Source: a virus
Lineage: Duplodnaviria; Caudoviricetes
Direction: 5' to 3' (one strand)
Virus record (IMG/VR): IMGVR_UViG_3300020403_001435
Location: 1 to 31,791 of that record
Length of the DNA stretch: 31,791 bases
Part shown: one piece after another, positions 8,987 to 16,763 of the stretch
Position numbering within the stretch: the first letter of the stretch is position 1
Layout: the number at the start of each line of letters is the position of its first letter
Program-made: the position numbers and the translations under genes
The notes under the pieces: model-generated
What the model was told of the DNA's origin: nothing
Databases searched by the model: none
What the model saw: the letters and a program-made list of their open reading frames with translations, nothing else

Positions 8987-9507
8987 TTATGTCCTGTCAA
9001 TTGTATAGTATAACGTGGAGTAGCACCAATGTTTGCGGCCATATGAGGAACATTATCCTGCCACATTACATAGTCTCCTGCTTTCCAGTTTACAATTGGT
9101 TCACCTTCTATTTCAAAATAATGTCCACTTTCCCAATCCATTGGAAAGATAATGACTCTAATACAATCAGTGCGCTTACAGTTAAATAATTTACGATACT
9201 CAGTAAAACTATCTGCATGTACAGGAAGTATACTGTCAGTAATCATTTTAAAATAACTTGTACCAGTGTCCTGGACACCATATTCTTTCTCAAACCAATC
9301 TATTAGTTGAGGATTCCAGGCTGGTTGTGGTTTTTTCATATCACAAAGTAATCCTGTCAGGTGTTCCTTTGTGTCAATATACCCAAGCCTTCTCCACTTT
9401 AGTGTATCCTGATCTGCACTTAGATTAGCAGGCCGTTCGTAATTTAATTTTGTAATACTCTGTTTAGTCCAAAAAGGTTCTATATGTCCTGTATGCCAAC
9501 GTTTCAT
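8983..9507 (-). CDS. 2OG-Fe(II) oxygenase/cupin-like protein
   Basis: LPVHAD (HxD), DWESGHYF, VPHMAANIG..PRY; start moved to MKRWH at 9507, which forms an ATGA overlap. Confidence 0.7.
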   Translation of the reverse strand: MKRWHTGHIEPFWTKQSITKLNYERPANLSADQDTLKWRRLGYIDTKEHLTGLLCDMKKPQPAWNPQLIDWFEKEYGVQDTGTSYFKMITDSILPVHADSFTEYRKLFNCKRTDCIRVIIFPMDWESGHYFEIEGEPIVNWKAGDYVMWQDNVPHMAANIGATPRYTIQLTGHK

Positions 9508-9644
9508 TTGCAAAGTTCCTCCGGATCCCAACCCATCTGATTAATTGCACCTGTTGGAAAAGTAATTACAAGTTCCCGTGTTTTATTATTTTCTTTTATT
9601 AGGATTACCCATTTGTTATTGGACAAACGTTTAGGATATTGCAT
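9504..9644 (-). CDS. small 46-aa protein, weakly AbrB/MazE-like (not in supplied ORF track)
   Basis: Manual translation MQYPKRLSNNKWVILIKENNKTRELVITFPTGAINQMGWDPEELCK; fills the gap and overlaps both neighbours. Confidence 0.55.
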   Translation of the reverse strand: MQYPKRLSNNKWVILIKENNKTRELVITFPTGAINQMGWDPEELCK

Positions 9645-10704
9645 TTCTGATTACACTGTATAATTGTTTTCCGCTGAAGAAATCAGTTTCAAGTTTCTTT
9701 AATACTCTGTGGATTGCTGGAACATACCCATTGTAGTTGGACATGTAGTCTTGGATTTGTCCCATAATGTTGGTTTTGTTCTCAAGATATTTATCATAAT
9801 TTTCAGTCCATTCACTTGGATACTTGAATGCATCTGTCATTTCACTATAACTTAATCTATCAGGAACCATTGGGATAGCCTCTACTAGCGCACCCTCATA
9901 CCAACTAATACCCAACGTCTCCTGTAAGTTTGCACTGAATACAAGTTTTGCTTCACCTAGCAAGTTATGATATTCATTTTTGCTAAGTTCCTGTTCCTGA
10001 CACACTACCCAATCATATTGTGGCATGCTTTCTTTAAGATCACGGAATATTTCAGGTTGCTTCTCAGGTGCAATACGATGTGGAAACAGGATAAGGTCAC
10101 GCTTTTGCATACCCTTATAGTTATCCATACTGTTGCGCAGATACTCCATGGGCCAACCAACACGTTCAGGTGGTTGTACTAAGTTGCGTATTGAAAATGT
10201 TTCTGCAAACATATCGATATGAAACTGTGTAGCAAAGAAGTTATGGTCATAGCAAGCATACATGCTAGATTCTGCATGCCTTACCCAAGGCTTATCACCT
10301 ATTAATCTTCCAAGGAAGTCTTGAGGATCGTAACTGCCAGCATGCCATAACCCGCCGATAGTAATGTTAACTCCCAAGAGTTCAGCCATATACCGTAACT
10401 GAATAACAGTGGGGTTCCAAGCGTCAGTATACAGGAAATAATCACCATCATTGACTTTGCCCTCGCAGAACAGCGTGGCAATTTGCATAAGTTGATTCGA
10501 CTTGTAAACATTTGTACCTCCGAAATTTAAAAATGCACCGGGTGTAGTAGATTGTGGAACATCTCCACCGCTGATAACTTCTACCTCAGCAAGCACTGCT
10601 GTATCCTGTACAAGAGCTCGTTGTAGTTGTTCCGGAAGATGTTCCTTCCATTGTTTTGTGTAGCGTGTATCAACCGCTTCGATGTCCACAATATATACTG
10701 TCAT
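9631..10704 (-). CDS. glycosyltransferase (GT-B fold, GT4-like)
   Basis: ILFPHRIAPEKQP and C-terminal SANLQETLGISWYEG (E-x7-E-type motif), P.VPDRLSYSE. Confidence 0.75.
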   Translation of the reverse strand: MTVYIVDIEAVDTRYTKQWKEHLPEQLQRALVQDTAVLAEVEVISGGDVPQSTTPGAFLNFGGTNVYKSNQLMQIATLFCEGKVNDGDYFLYTDAWNPTVIQLRYMAELLGVNITIGGLWHAGSYDPQDFLGRLIGDKPWVRHAESSMYACYDHNFFATQFHIDMFAETFSIRNLVQPPERVGWPMEYLRNSMDNYKGMQKRDLILFPHRIAPEKQPEIFRDLKESMPQYDWVVCQEQELSKNEYHNLLGEAKLVFSANLQETLGISWYEGALVEAIPMVPDRLSYSEMTDAFKYPSEWTENYDKYLENKTNIMGQIQDYMSNYNGYVPAIHRVLKKLETDFFSGKQLYSVIRNAIS

Positions 10705-10706
10705 TG

Positions 10707-10964
10707 CTATTTCCTACCGCTAGAGTAATGTCCGCCCTTACGGTTATCCTTATATTGGCTTAGTCTAAATTTAGCATCACGCATCCAGTTTTTAGGAATA
10801 CGAGTGCCCTGCTTAAATCTTAAGTATTCAGCATACCCAGGAGCATCACTGCGATATAGATCTGCTTCGTTATATGCCCAACCAAACTCTTTACAAAAAC
10901 GCAGATAGTCATCCAAGTCATCAAATACTTTTACAATTTCTCTGCTCATTGGTTTCCCAGCCAT
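10707..10964 (-). CDS. hypothetical phage protein
   Basis: 85-aa ORF with upstream AAGGAG ribosome-binding site. Confidence 0.7.
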   Translation of the reverse strand: MAGKPMSREIVKVFDDLDDYLRFCKEFGWAYNEADLYRSDAPGYAEYLRFKQGTRIPKNWMRDAKFRLSQYKDNRKGGHYSSGRK

Positions 10965-10976
10965 TTATAGTTCTCC

Positions 10977-11468
10977 TTATCCGGCTCTTGGAAAGGTGAC
11001 AACGCAACCGTTTTCACCATCTTCGCTCACTTCAATGTGAACTTCTCTGTTTGATCCATACTTCTTACGGATCTCTAAAAATAAATCATCTGCAATCATT
11101 TCACAGGATTTGTAATCGAGCGCCAACACCGTATCCCCGGTTGTGCCGCCTTCACTCCCTGCTTCATCTGTTCCCACACTGTACAGTCTTTGCAACCATC
11201 TGCTGAACTGGATGAATTCGATTTCTCTATCGTCGTGGAACACTTCAATTGACACCCTGAAATGAAAAATATGACGATGAGGATAGCCAAGGAACGATAC
11301 ATCATCCCAACCTCCTGTTGCTAATTTTGGATCATCCAATGCGGCAGGGTATTTGTGTATACCCTCCTTTTGAAATGTTACCCAAATCATACGCTTGCTT
11401 TTGTGTAGTTGTATACGCATTGCATCTTCACGCATTGCTTCTAACATCATGTTATCTGCTATACTCAT
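10977..11468 (-). CDS. QueD/6-pyruvoyl-tetrahydropterin synthase-like T-fold protein
   Basis: GIH, PHRHIFH (Zn-binding His cluster), SCEMIA, and EVSEDGENG resemble QueD/PTPS motifs; context with folE and a TGT-like gene. Confidence 0.65.
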   Translation of the reverse strand: MSIADNMMLEAMREDAMRIQLHKSKRMIWVTFQKEGIHKYPAALDDPKLATGGWDDVSFLGYPHRHIFHFRVSIEVFHDDREIEFIQFSRWLQRLYSVGTDEAGSEGGTTGDTVLALDYKSCEMIADDLFLEIRKKYGSNREVHIEVSEDGENGCVVTFPRAG

Positions 11469-12048
11469 GTAGTCTATCCTTTAGTATATTAAAAACGTCT
11501 CTGTGTACTGCATCACCAGGATGTGTACTAGTGTGGTTAAGCATTTCATGATTCTCTGGCAAGAAAAACCAATGATCATTGTTTAACCATTTACTATTAT
11601 ACTGTATTTCGTTTTGTAGTTCAATATTATTACATAAAAATACGTAGTTGCATCTCCTACTGTTCAGTACTCTGTGTGCGGCTAGAATACTATCCAGTGT
11701 GCGATCTAAACACTGTGCTGGTTCCTGATCTACATTTTCCCAATACCAGCGATCCTCGTCCTGTGCTATAGTCCGCCAACCGCGATCTCCTGCAAACATA
11801 AAAGCATAGCGAACTGGATATGTCCACATTACTACACATGTATCTTCGAACTCTACATCTGCAAGTTTTATCTGTCTTAGTATTCCATTATTGCTTGCAT
11901 ATCCTTGTGCATGACAATGATAATCCAATCCTAAATGGTTTGCAGTTAGGGCACTATATGTAAGCATACTTGGTGTTGGATGGGTGTTTGTTGGACAGTC
12001 GCTTAGTTCATAACCATAAGTAAAACTATCCCCGAATGCATGTAACAT
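11452..12048 (-). CDS. SGNH/GDSL hydrolase-like protein
   Basis: AFGDSFTYG block I, G.ASN, C-terminal THPG; start moved to 12048 (TAATG overlap). Confidence 0.65.
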   Translation of the reverse strand: MLHAFGDSFTYGYELSDCPTNTHPTPSMLTYSALTANHLGLDYHCHAQGYASNNGILRQIKLADVEFEDTCVVMWTYPVRYAFMFAGDRGWRTIAQDEDRWYWENVDQEPAQCLDRTLDSILAAHRVLNSRRCNYVFLCNNIELQNEIQYNSKWLNNDHWFFLPENHEMLNHTSTHPGDAVHRDVFNILKDRLHEYSR

Positions 12049-12809
12049 TAGAATTCCTGTTTCCACAAGTAAGTGTAGTATCCTTTGCCAGTAGTATCAC
12101 CACCATTGTTGTCTAGTTCTTCGCCATCATAGTATACAGCATAGATTAGATCTTCTCCGTTTGGTGCTTCTGCTACTGCAAATTCAAGTTTGTTTTTAAC
12201 AAACGGCAAATTAGTCTGTATAACAGTCTCAAAAAATGTTCCTTTTTCTGCACTCATAAACTGGCATATATGTTGTCCTTTAGGAACAAGATTGTCCCCA
12301 TAGCCATGATCTGCTTTGTACACTTCTAATTCGTAATCGCTTTCTTCCTGTATTTCACTGATGAGATCATCTACTTCTTGACTGTCAATTACTTCTTCTA
12401 TCACTGTTGCATTGTATTCTTCACTGTCAACACGATCAATACTAATGTTAGTACCATCCAAACTAGGTGCCCATGTTGCATCAAACTGATCCCAGGGCTC
12501 ATAATATGTACTGCCTTCACCATGTTCGTTGTGCATAAACATCGCTTCACGTGGAATTGTTGCAGGATCCAAGTCATCAAAATCCTCACACTCTGTAAGT
12601 CTATCTGCTTCAAAATCTTCAGCATTTAGCACATAGGTTACAACAGGACCATCACCATGTTCTTCTTGAACACCGTTCCAAAATTCGTATGCCTGTTCGC
12701 TGATGTTTATAAATGATTGTTCTGCACCATATCCCCACAGTCTGATATGATAATAGAAAGGACCCTTGAAAGATTCTATTAGATCTTCCTTCTCTTTAAG
12801 AGTTGCCAT
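12048..12809 (-). CDS. hypothetical, very acidic phage protein
   Basis: 253-aa Asp/Glu-rich ORF preceded by a sigma70-like promoter. Confidence 0.75.
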   Translation of the reverse strand: MATLKEKEDLIESFKGPFYYHIRLWGYGAEQSFINISEQAYEFWNGVQEEHGDGPVVTYVLNAEDFEADRLTECEDFDDLDPATIPREAMFMHNEHGEGSTYYEPWDQFDATWAPSLDGTNISIDRVDSEEYNATVIEEVIDSQEVDDLISEIQEESDYELEVYKADHGYGDNLVPKGQHICQFMSAEKGTFFETVIQTNLPFVKNKLEFAVAEAPNGEDLIYAVYYDGEELDNNGGDTTGKGYYTYLWKQEF

Positions 12810-12844
12810 TGATTTACTCGTTCAATTGTTGATTACTATATACT

Positions 12845-12872
12845 AATATAACACAAAACTAGAGTTTGTCAA
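12845..12872 (-). promoter_or_regulatory. sigma70-like promoter
   Basis: TTGACA (12872-12867), 16-nt spacer ending TGT, TATATT (12850-12845). Confidence 0.6.
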
Positions 12873-14347
12873 GTTACTTCTTCAAAAAGACTTGCAAACT
12901 GTGTGCTTGCATTTACTGTCTTTTTGCCAATTGCACCTCGGCTACCAATTACACGCATCCATAGGCGACTGTGATCATCAATAAGTTGCATTTGCTTATC
13001 ACGATCATCTATTTCGAATATACGTTTAATAACATCCTTAACTTCAGTGCTAGTAAAGTTATCGTCAACAAGTTCCTTAGGATAACTGCCTTCGTCATAT
13101 AGTCTGTTTGTTTCCTGTACACTGCGGATGTGTGTATAAATGTTGTGATTCATTAGCAGTGCATAACTGAACGTATCCCAACTAGTCTTGCCTTCTTTAC
13201 CAGTTTTGTTTACATCGCCCTGCTTGTATACACAAACATCATTTAGTTTCATATTTTGTGTAATAGGACTTGGTATCCAATTATCATACATACCTGCACA
13301 ATGATCATCATATGGAGTGGTGTTATTCCAGTACGCTTTGTCATCAGGCGCATCTTCCATTGCGTACTTCCATTTGCCATTGTGTGGCATACGATAGTGT
13401 GTGTACTGTTGTCCATTACTTGTTGCTAGGAAAGGACTAGCGCAATCAAAACTAATTGTAAAGTTTTCGTTGTACTGTTTGCGTACACCACGTTGAATAG
13501 CAGTAAGCACACCTGCCCATTCTAGTTTGCCTGTACCCAAAACATGCATCCAATCATGCATACCTTTTTCGAGTAGGCCGTCATGCATTAGTGTTACTAC
13601 ACGTTTAAGGATAAGATGCACATCACATGCGTTTTGTCCGCCCATTGCGTAACCATTAAAGTGTCCGTCTGGATAAACTTTTGGATCACCAAATACTTTC
13701 ATTTGATCATACCACAAGTCTGCTTGTGCGTGATTCTCACCCTGCAACACGTTTAAAAACTTACAACGTCCGTCTCTGTGTTTAACAAAGTATTCATTGT
13801 TGTATGCTGTAGCATCTGCCGCTTCCTGATATGAACTAATTTGTGCGGCTTCTGCACCTTCAGGAGAACGACTTAACCATGCAGGCACGTCCAGGATCAT
13901 ACCATAATCCATAAACTCATCCATCCACTTTAGCACACCATCACGTTTCTTTTGTGCGTTAGGACAACCACTGCCTGCTTTCCAGTCACCAGGCCATTTA
14001 CCCTTACCAATCTGAAAGCCGCCACTGTCCCCCAGCATGAAACTGTTATTGCGATTACGTTCACGATACATGCGCTCACGTGGCAAGTCTTTGTCAATAT
14101 CCAGACTGCTATGTCCTGCACTGTGCAAACTCCATTTGTAAGTCCACAGTGCCTCAGGTTTGAGATAATCAAGTCCCTGTGCATTGTCTCCCAGTACATC
14201 CGGAATACGTTCTGGTAATACACTGGGTGCGTTTGTGCCAGCACTATTGTATGCCTTGCCTATTACATTTACATAGAATGTACTTAGTGCAGGCAGAAAT
14301 ACTGCATAGTCACGTTGTAGTTGTGTTAAATCTGTAGGTAGTGTCAT
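12869..14347 (-). CDS. tRNA-guanine transglycosylase-like protein, probable DpdA (7-deazaguanine DNA transglycosylase)
   Basis: TGT motifs in canonical order: LGDSGGFQIG, MILD, VLQG, AMGG, HVLGTG, SFDCASP, HNIY; lies between replication genes and folE/QueD-like genes. Confidence 0.78.
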   Translation of the reverse strand: MTLPTDLTQLQRDYAVFLPALSTFYVNVIGKAYNSAGTNAPSVLPERIPDVLGDNAQGLDYLKPEALWTYKWSLHSAGHSSLDIDKDLPRERMYRERNRNNSFMLGDSGGFQIGKGKWPGDWKAGSGCPNAQKKRDGVLKWMDEFMDYGMILDVPAWLSRSPEGAEAAQISSYQEAADATAYNNEYFVKHRDGRCKFLNVLQGENHAQADLWYDQMKVFGDPKVYPDGHFNGYAMGGQNACDVHLILKRVVTLMHDGLLEKGMHDWMHVLGTGKLEWAGVLTAIQRGVRKQYNENFTISFDCASPFLATSNGQQYTHYRMPHNGKWKYAMEDAPDDKAYWNNTTPYDDHCAGMYDNWIPSPITQNMKLNDVCVYKQGDVNKTGKEGKTSWDTFSYALLMNHNIYTHIRSVQETNRLYDEGSYPKELVDDNFTSTEVKDVIKRIFEIDDRDKQMQLIDDHSRLWMRVIGSRGAIGKKTVNASTQFASLFEEVT

Positions 14348-14991
14348 GCTTTAAACTTTGGTAATTCTGTTAGTAATCTAAAATCTTTACTGTGTCTATC
14401 TTTAAGAATTTCATATATATTTTTATCTTTTAATTTTAAACGTAATTTATCGTTAATGTCAAGTTTTGTTTTGTTATTGAATTTAGGATTAATAGGGTCT
14501 TTCCAATTATCAAAATCTGCTGAATACCCTGATTTGCGTATCCATGTTGCAAAATCTGTGTAAAATTTTTCTGCGGAAACTTCTGCGCTGTTACTATCAA
14601 GATAAATGTATTCGATGTTAACTGCATTTCTTACAAATCTGTGCTGATATTCCGTATGATCATCATACACAGGATTTTTGTAAACAGTTTGCCAAAATGT
14701 TGTAGTATCAAGCATTTGTATAATAGGTTGATAATGTGACCAACATTCGCTGAATCCACTTATCCAGCGTTCTATAGGATCTCTTAGAATAACAATTTTT
14801 TTAATACTTGGTGCACGTTTAATACCATCCATTAATACAGGATCGCAAGTAGCACTCCAGTTATTATCGTAAAGAACTTTTTGTACAAAACTACTAGCAC
14901 ATTTAGGTATGTCGATCCAAGCATAACATAAACTTGGATCAATCATAACCGGATATGCACTTGGACAAAAGTAATCTACATCAACAGTCAT
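14344..14991 (-). CDS. sulfotransferase family protein
   Basis: 5'-PAPS-binding IPKCASS and 3'-PAPS-binding LRDPIERWISG motifs. Confidence 0.7.
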   Translation of the reverse strand: MTVDVDYFCPSAYPVMIDPSLCYAWIDIPKCASSFVQKVLYDNNWSATCDPVLMDGIKRAPSIKKIVILRDPIERWISGFSECWSHYQPIIQMLDTTTFWQTVYKNPVYDDHTEYQHRFVRNAVNIEYIYLDSNSAEVSAEKFYTDFATWIRKSGYSADFDNWKDPINPKFNNKTKLDINDKLRLKLKDKNIYEILKDRHSKDFRLLTELPKFKA

Positions 14992-15722
14992 TATTTACTT
15001 TGTGCTGGAAGCAGATAATGATATTCTGCTAGTCCACTGTCAACGACAATCTCTGCTACACCATCATCACTAAGTTTAAACTGTGTATCTCCACCGAGAC
15101 TAAGGATTTTGCTAACTTGTTCTACAGGCCATGCCCAGCCTTTTGTTACACTACCAGTTACATCTGGTTGAAACACAAAGTTTCCTGCATGTGTGCTATG
15201 GTCACCGAAGTAAAACTTAAGATCACCATCTTCTGTCTTTGCAATAAATGTTGTCTCTTCACTGTTAGCACTGATCATAAACTTAAAACGCTGAATACTT
15301 GCAACTGTAGGTTCAAACTCAATACCCCAGTTCACTGCTCGCATCTTTACAGTCTTAAGTTTTTCGTTGATAATCTCGCTTGCCATAAAGCGATAGTCAT
15401 TTTTAAAGTCGCCACTTGCATTTTCAAAATGAATACCAACAGGCACTGTTTCACCATTGCGCTCCTGTGTATTAATACTAATGTTTGCGTTTTCCGCATA
15501 CTCCGGAATACGCAGGATAACACCCAGTTTGTCCAAGTTGGGCATACCAAATGTACCCATAAAGTCTGCTACTGGTGTCTTTGTAGTTGCTTGTAGGATA
15601 ACACTGCGATCCTCTGCAAGTCCTTCAATTGTTGTGGTTTTGTCTGTGCCTGTAACTTTTACAAGACTAATGAAGCCAAGCGAATATGTATGCTTAACTA
15701 TGTCGAGTAGATAATCTTTCAT
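14991..15722 (-). CDS. probable DNA polymerase sliding clamp (gp45/PCNA-like)
   Basis: 243 aa; alternating beta/alpha pattern ending in YHYLLPA like clamp C-termini; close to the DNA polymerase. Inferred, no diagnostic motif. Confidence 0.5.
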   Translation of the reverse strand: MKDYLLDIVKHTYSLGFISLVKVTGTDKTTTIEGLAEDRSVILQATTKTPVADFMGTFGMPNLDKLGVILRIPEYAENANISINTQERNGETVPVGIHFENASGDFKNDYRFMASEIINEKLKTVKMRAVNWGIEFEPTVASIQRFKFMISANSEETTFIAKTEDGDLKFYFGDHSTHAGNFVFQPDVTGSVTKGWAWPVEQVSKILSLGGDTQFKLSDDGVAEIVVDSGLAEYHYLLPAQSK

Positions 15723-15753
15723 AAGGATGTCCTTTGCTTTCTATTGTGCCTAT

Positions 15754-15782
15754 ATTATATTTAGATTTTTGTTGGAAGTCAA
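15754..15782 (-). promoter_or_regulatory. sigma70-like promoter with overlapping TAAATA motif
   Basis: TTGACT (15782-15777), 17 nt, TATAAT (15759-15754); TAAATA at 15763-15758 overlaps the -10 box. Confidence 0.7.
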
Positions 15783-15784
15783 TA

Positions 15785-16732
15785 TTATTTTTGTTTATTA
15801 CGTCTACGCTCATCAAGCGGACTTTCAATTGCTACTAGTGGTGCGCTTAATTTATCACTAATAAGGTTACCATGTTTTTTGCAAATCATGTAAGAATGCG
15901 CACCGTTACAAACATTTGCTTCTTTTACTACTTCGAATCCTAACATCTCTGCCATGTGTGTTATTAGTGTTTTAGTGTTATATGCTCTAAAATTATTAGC
16001 ACAAAAGTCTAAACTTGCAACATGTTCGCAATCATTGTAAGTAAAGATGTAATGCCCGCCTGCCTTTAATACATTATGCACTGCTTGCATTTCTCTCTTA
16101 ATTGGCTCCATTGGCCAGTAATCATAACAATTAACACTAACTGCAATACCAATATGTTGTTGAGGCAAATGTTCAATCCTATCATATTGCATAAGACGTC
16201 TTTCGCTGAAAAACCTGTTAAAGTTATTAGCAACTTGATCTTTATCTATTACATTGCCTCTGTACAGATACAGTGGATCACATGCTAAGAATGCTCTTGT
16301 TAGATATCCATTTGTAGGGTTAAGTTCTAAACCTGCCCAACGCCAATCACTGTAGAATCCTATTTCGTTTTTAAGTATTTTAATAAATGTAGGATCCAAA
16401 TGATCCATACGTTCATTCATTAGTTGCGTATCAATTTTAACACTATCGAAAGTACTATAGTCTCTCTGAAGTATGTTTACTTCTTCTGCCCTTAGTAATT
16501 GCTGTGTGTTATGATTGATACTTTTCCAAACTTCATCATGCTTTACTTTAAGATCACGCATCTCTTGAACTATGTCAATTAGTTCTTCATGCTTATGTTT
16601 GTCCTGAAAAAAACGTTGCTGATCCTGAAAGTAAGATTGCTGTGTTTGTAGTGTACTCTCGACGTCTAGTGTATACTTGCTATTATCCTTTAGCATCCGG
16701 GTAAGCAATATCATTTTATCAACTAGTTTCAT
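15785..16732 (-). CDS. class I SAM-dependent methyltransferase-like protein with N-terminal coiled coil
   Basis: Gln/Glu/Lys-rich helical N-terminus; degenerate motif I (GLELNPTNG); VLKAGGHYIFTY and LGFEVV typical of class I MTases. Confidence 0.55.
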   Translation of the reverse strand: MKLVDKMILLTRMLKDNSKYTLDVESTLQTQQSYFQDQQRFFQDKHKHEELIDIVQEMRDLKVKHDEVWKSINHNTQQLLRAEEVNILQRDYSTFDSVKIDTQLMNERMDHLDPTFIKILKNEIGFYSDWRWAGLELNPTNGYLTRAFLACDPLYLYRGNVIDKDQVANNFNRFFSERRLMQYDRIEHLPQQHIGIAVSVNCYDYWPMEPIKREMQAVHNVLKAGGHYIFTYNDCEHVASLDFCANNFRAYNTKTLITHMAEMLGFEVVKEANVCNGAHSYMICKKHGNLISDKLSAPLVAIESPLDERRRNKQK

Positions 16733-16746
16733 CGAAATCTCCAGTT

Positions 16747-16755
16747 GTATTTATA
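16747..16755 (-). promoter_or_regulatory. T4-type late promoter TATAAATA
   Basis: Exact TATAAATA(C) on the minus strand, about 15 nt upstream of the 16732 start. Confidence 0.6.
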
Positions 16756-16763
16756 TGCGTATA

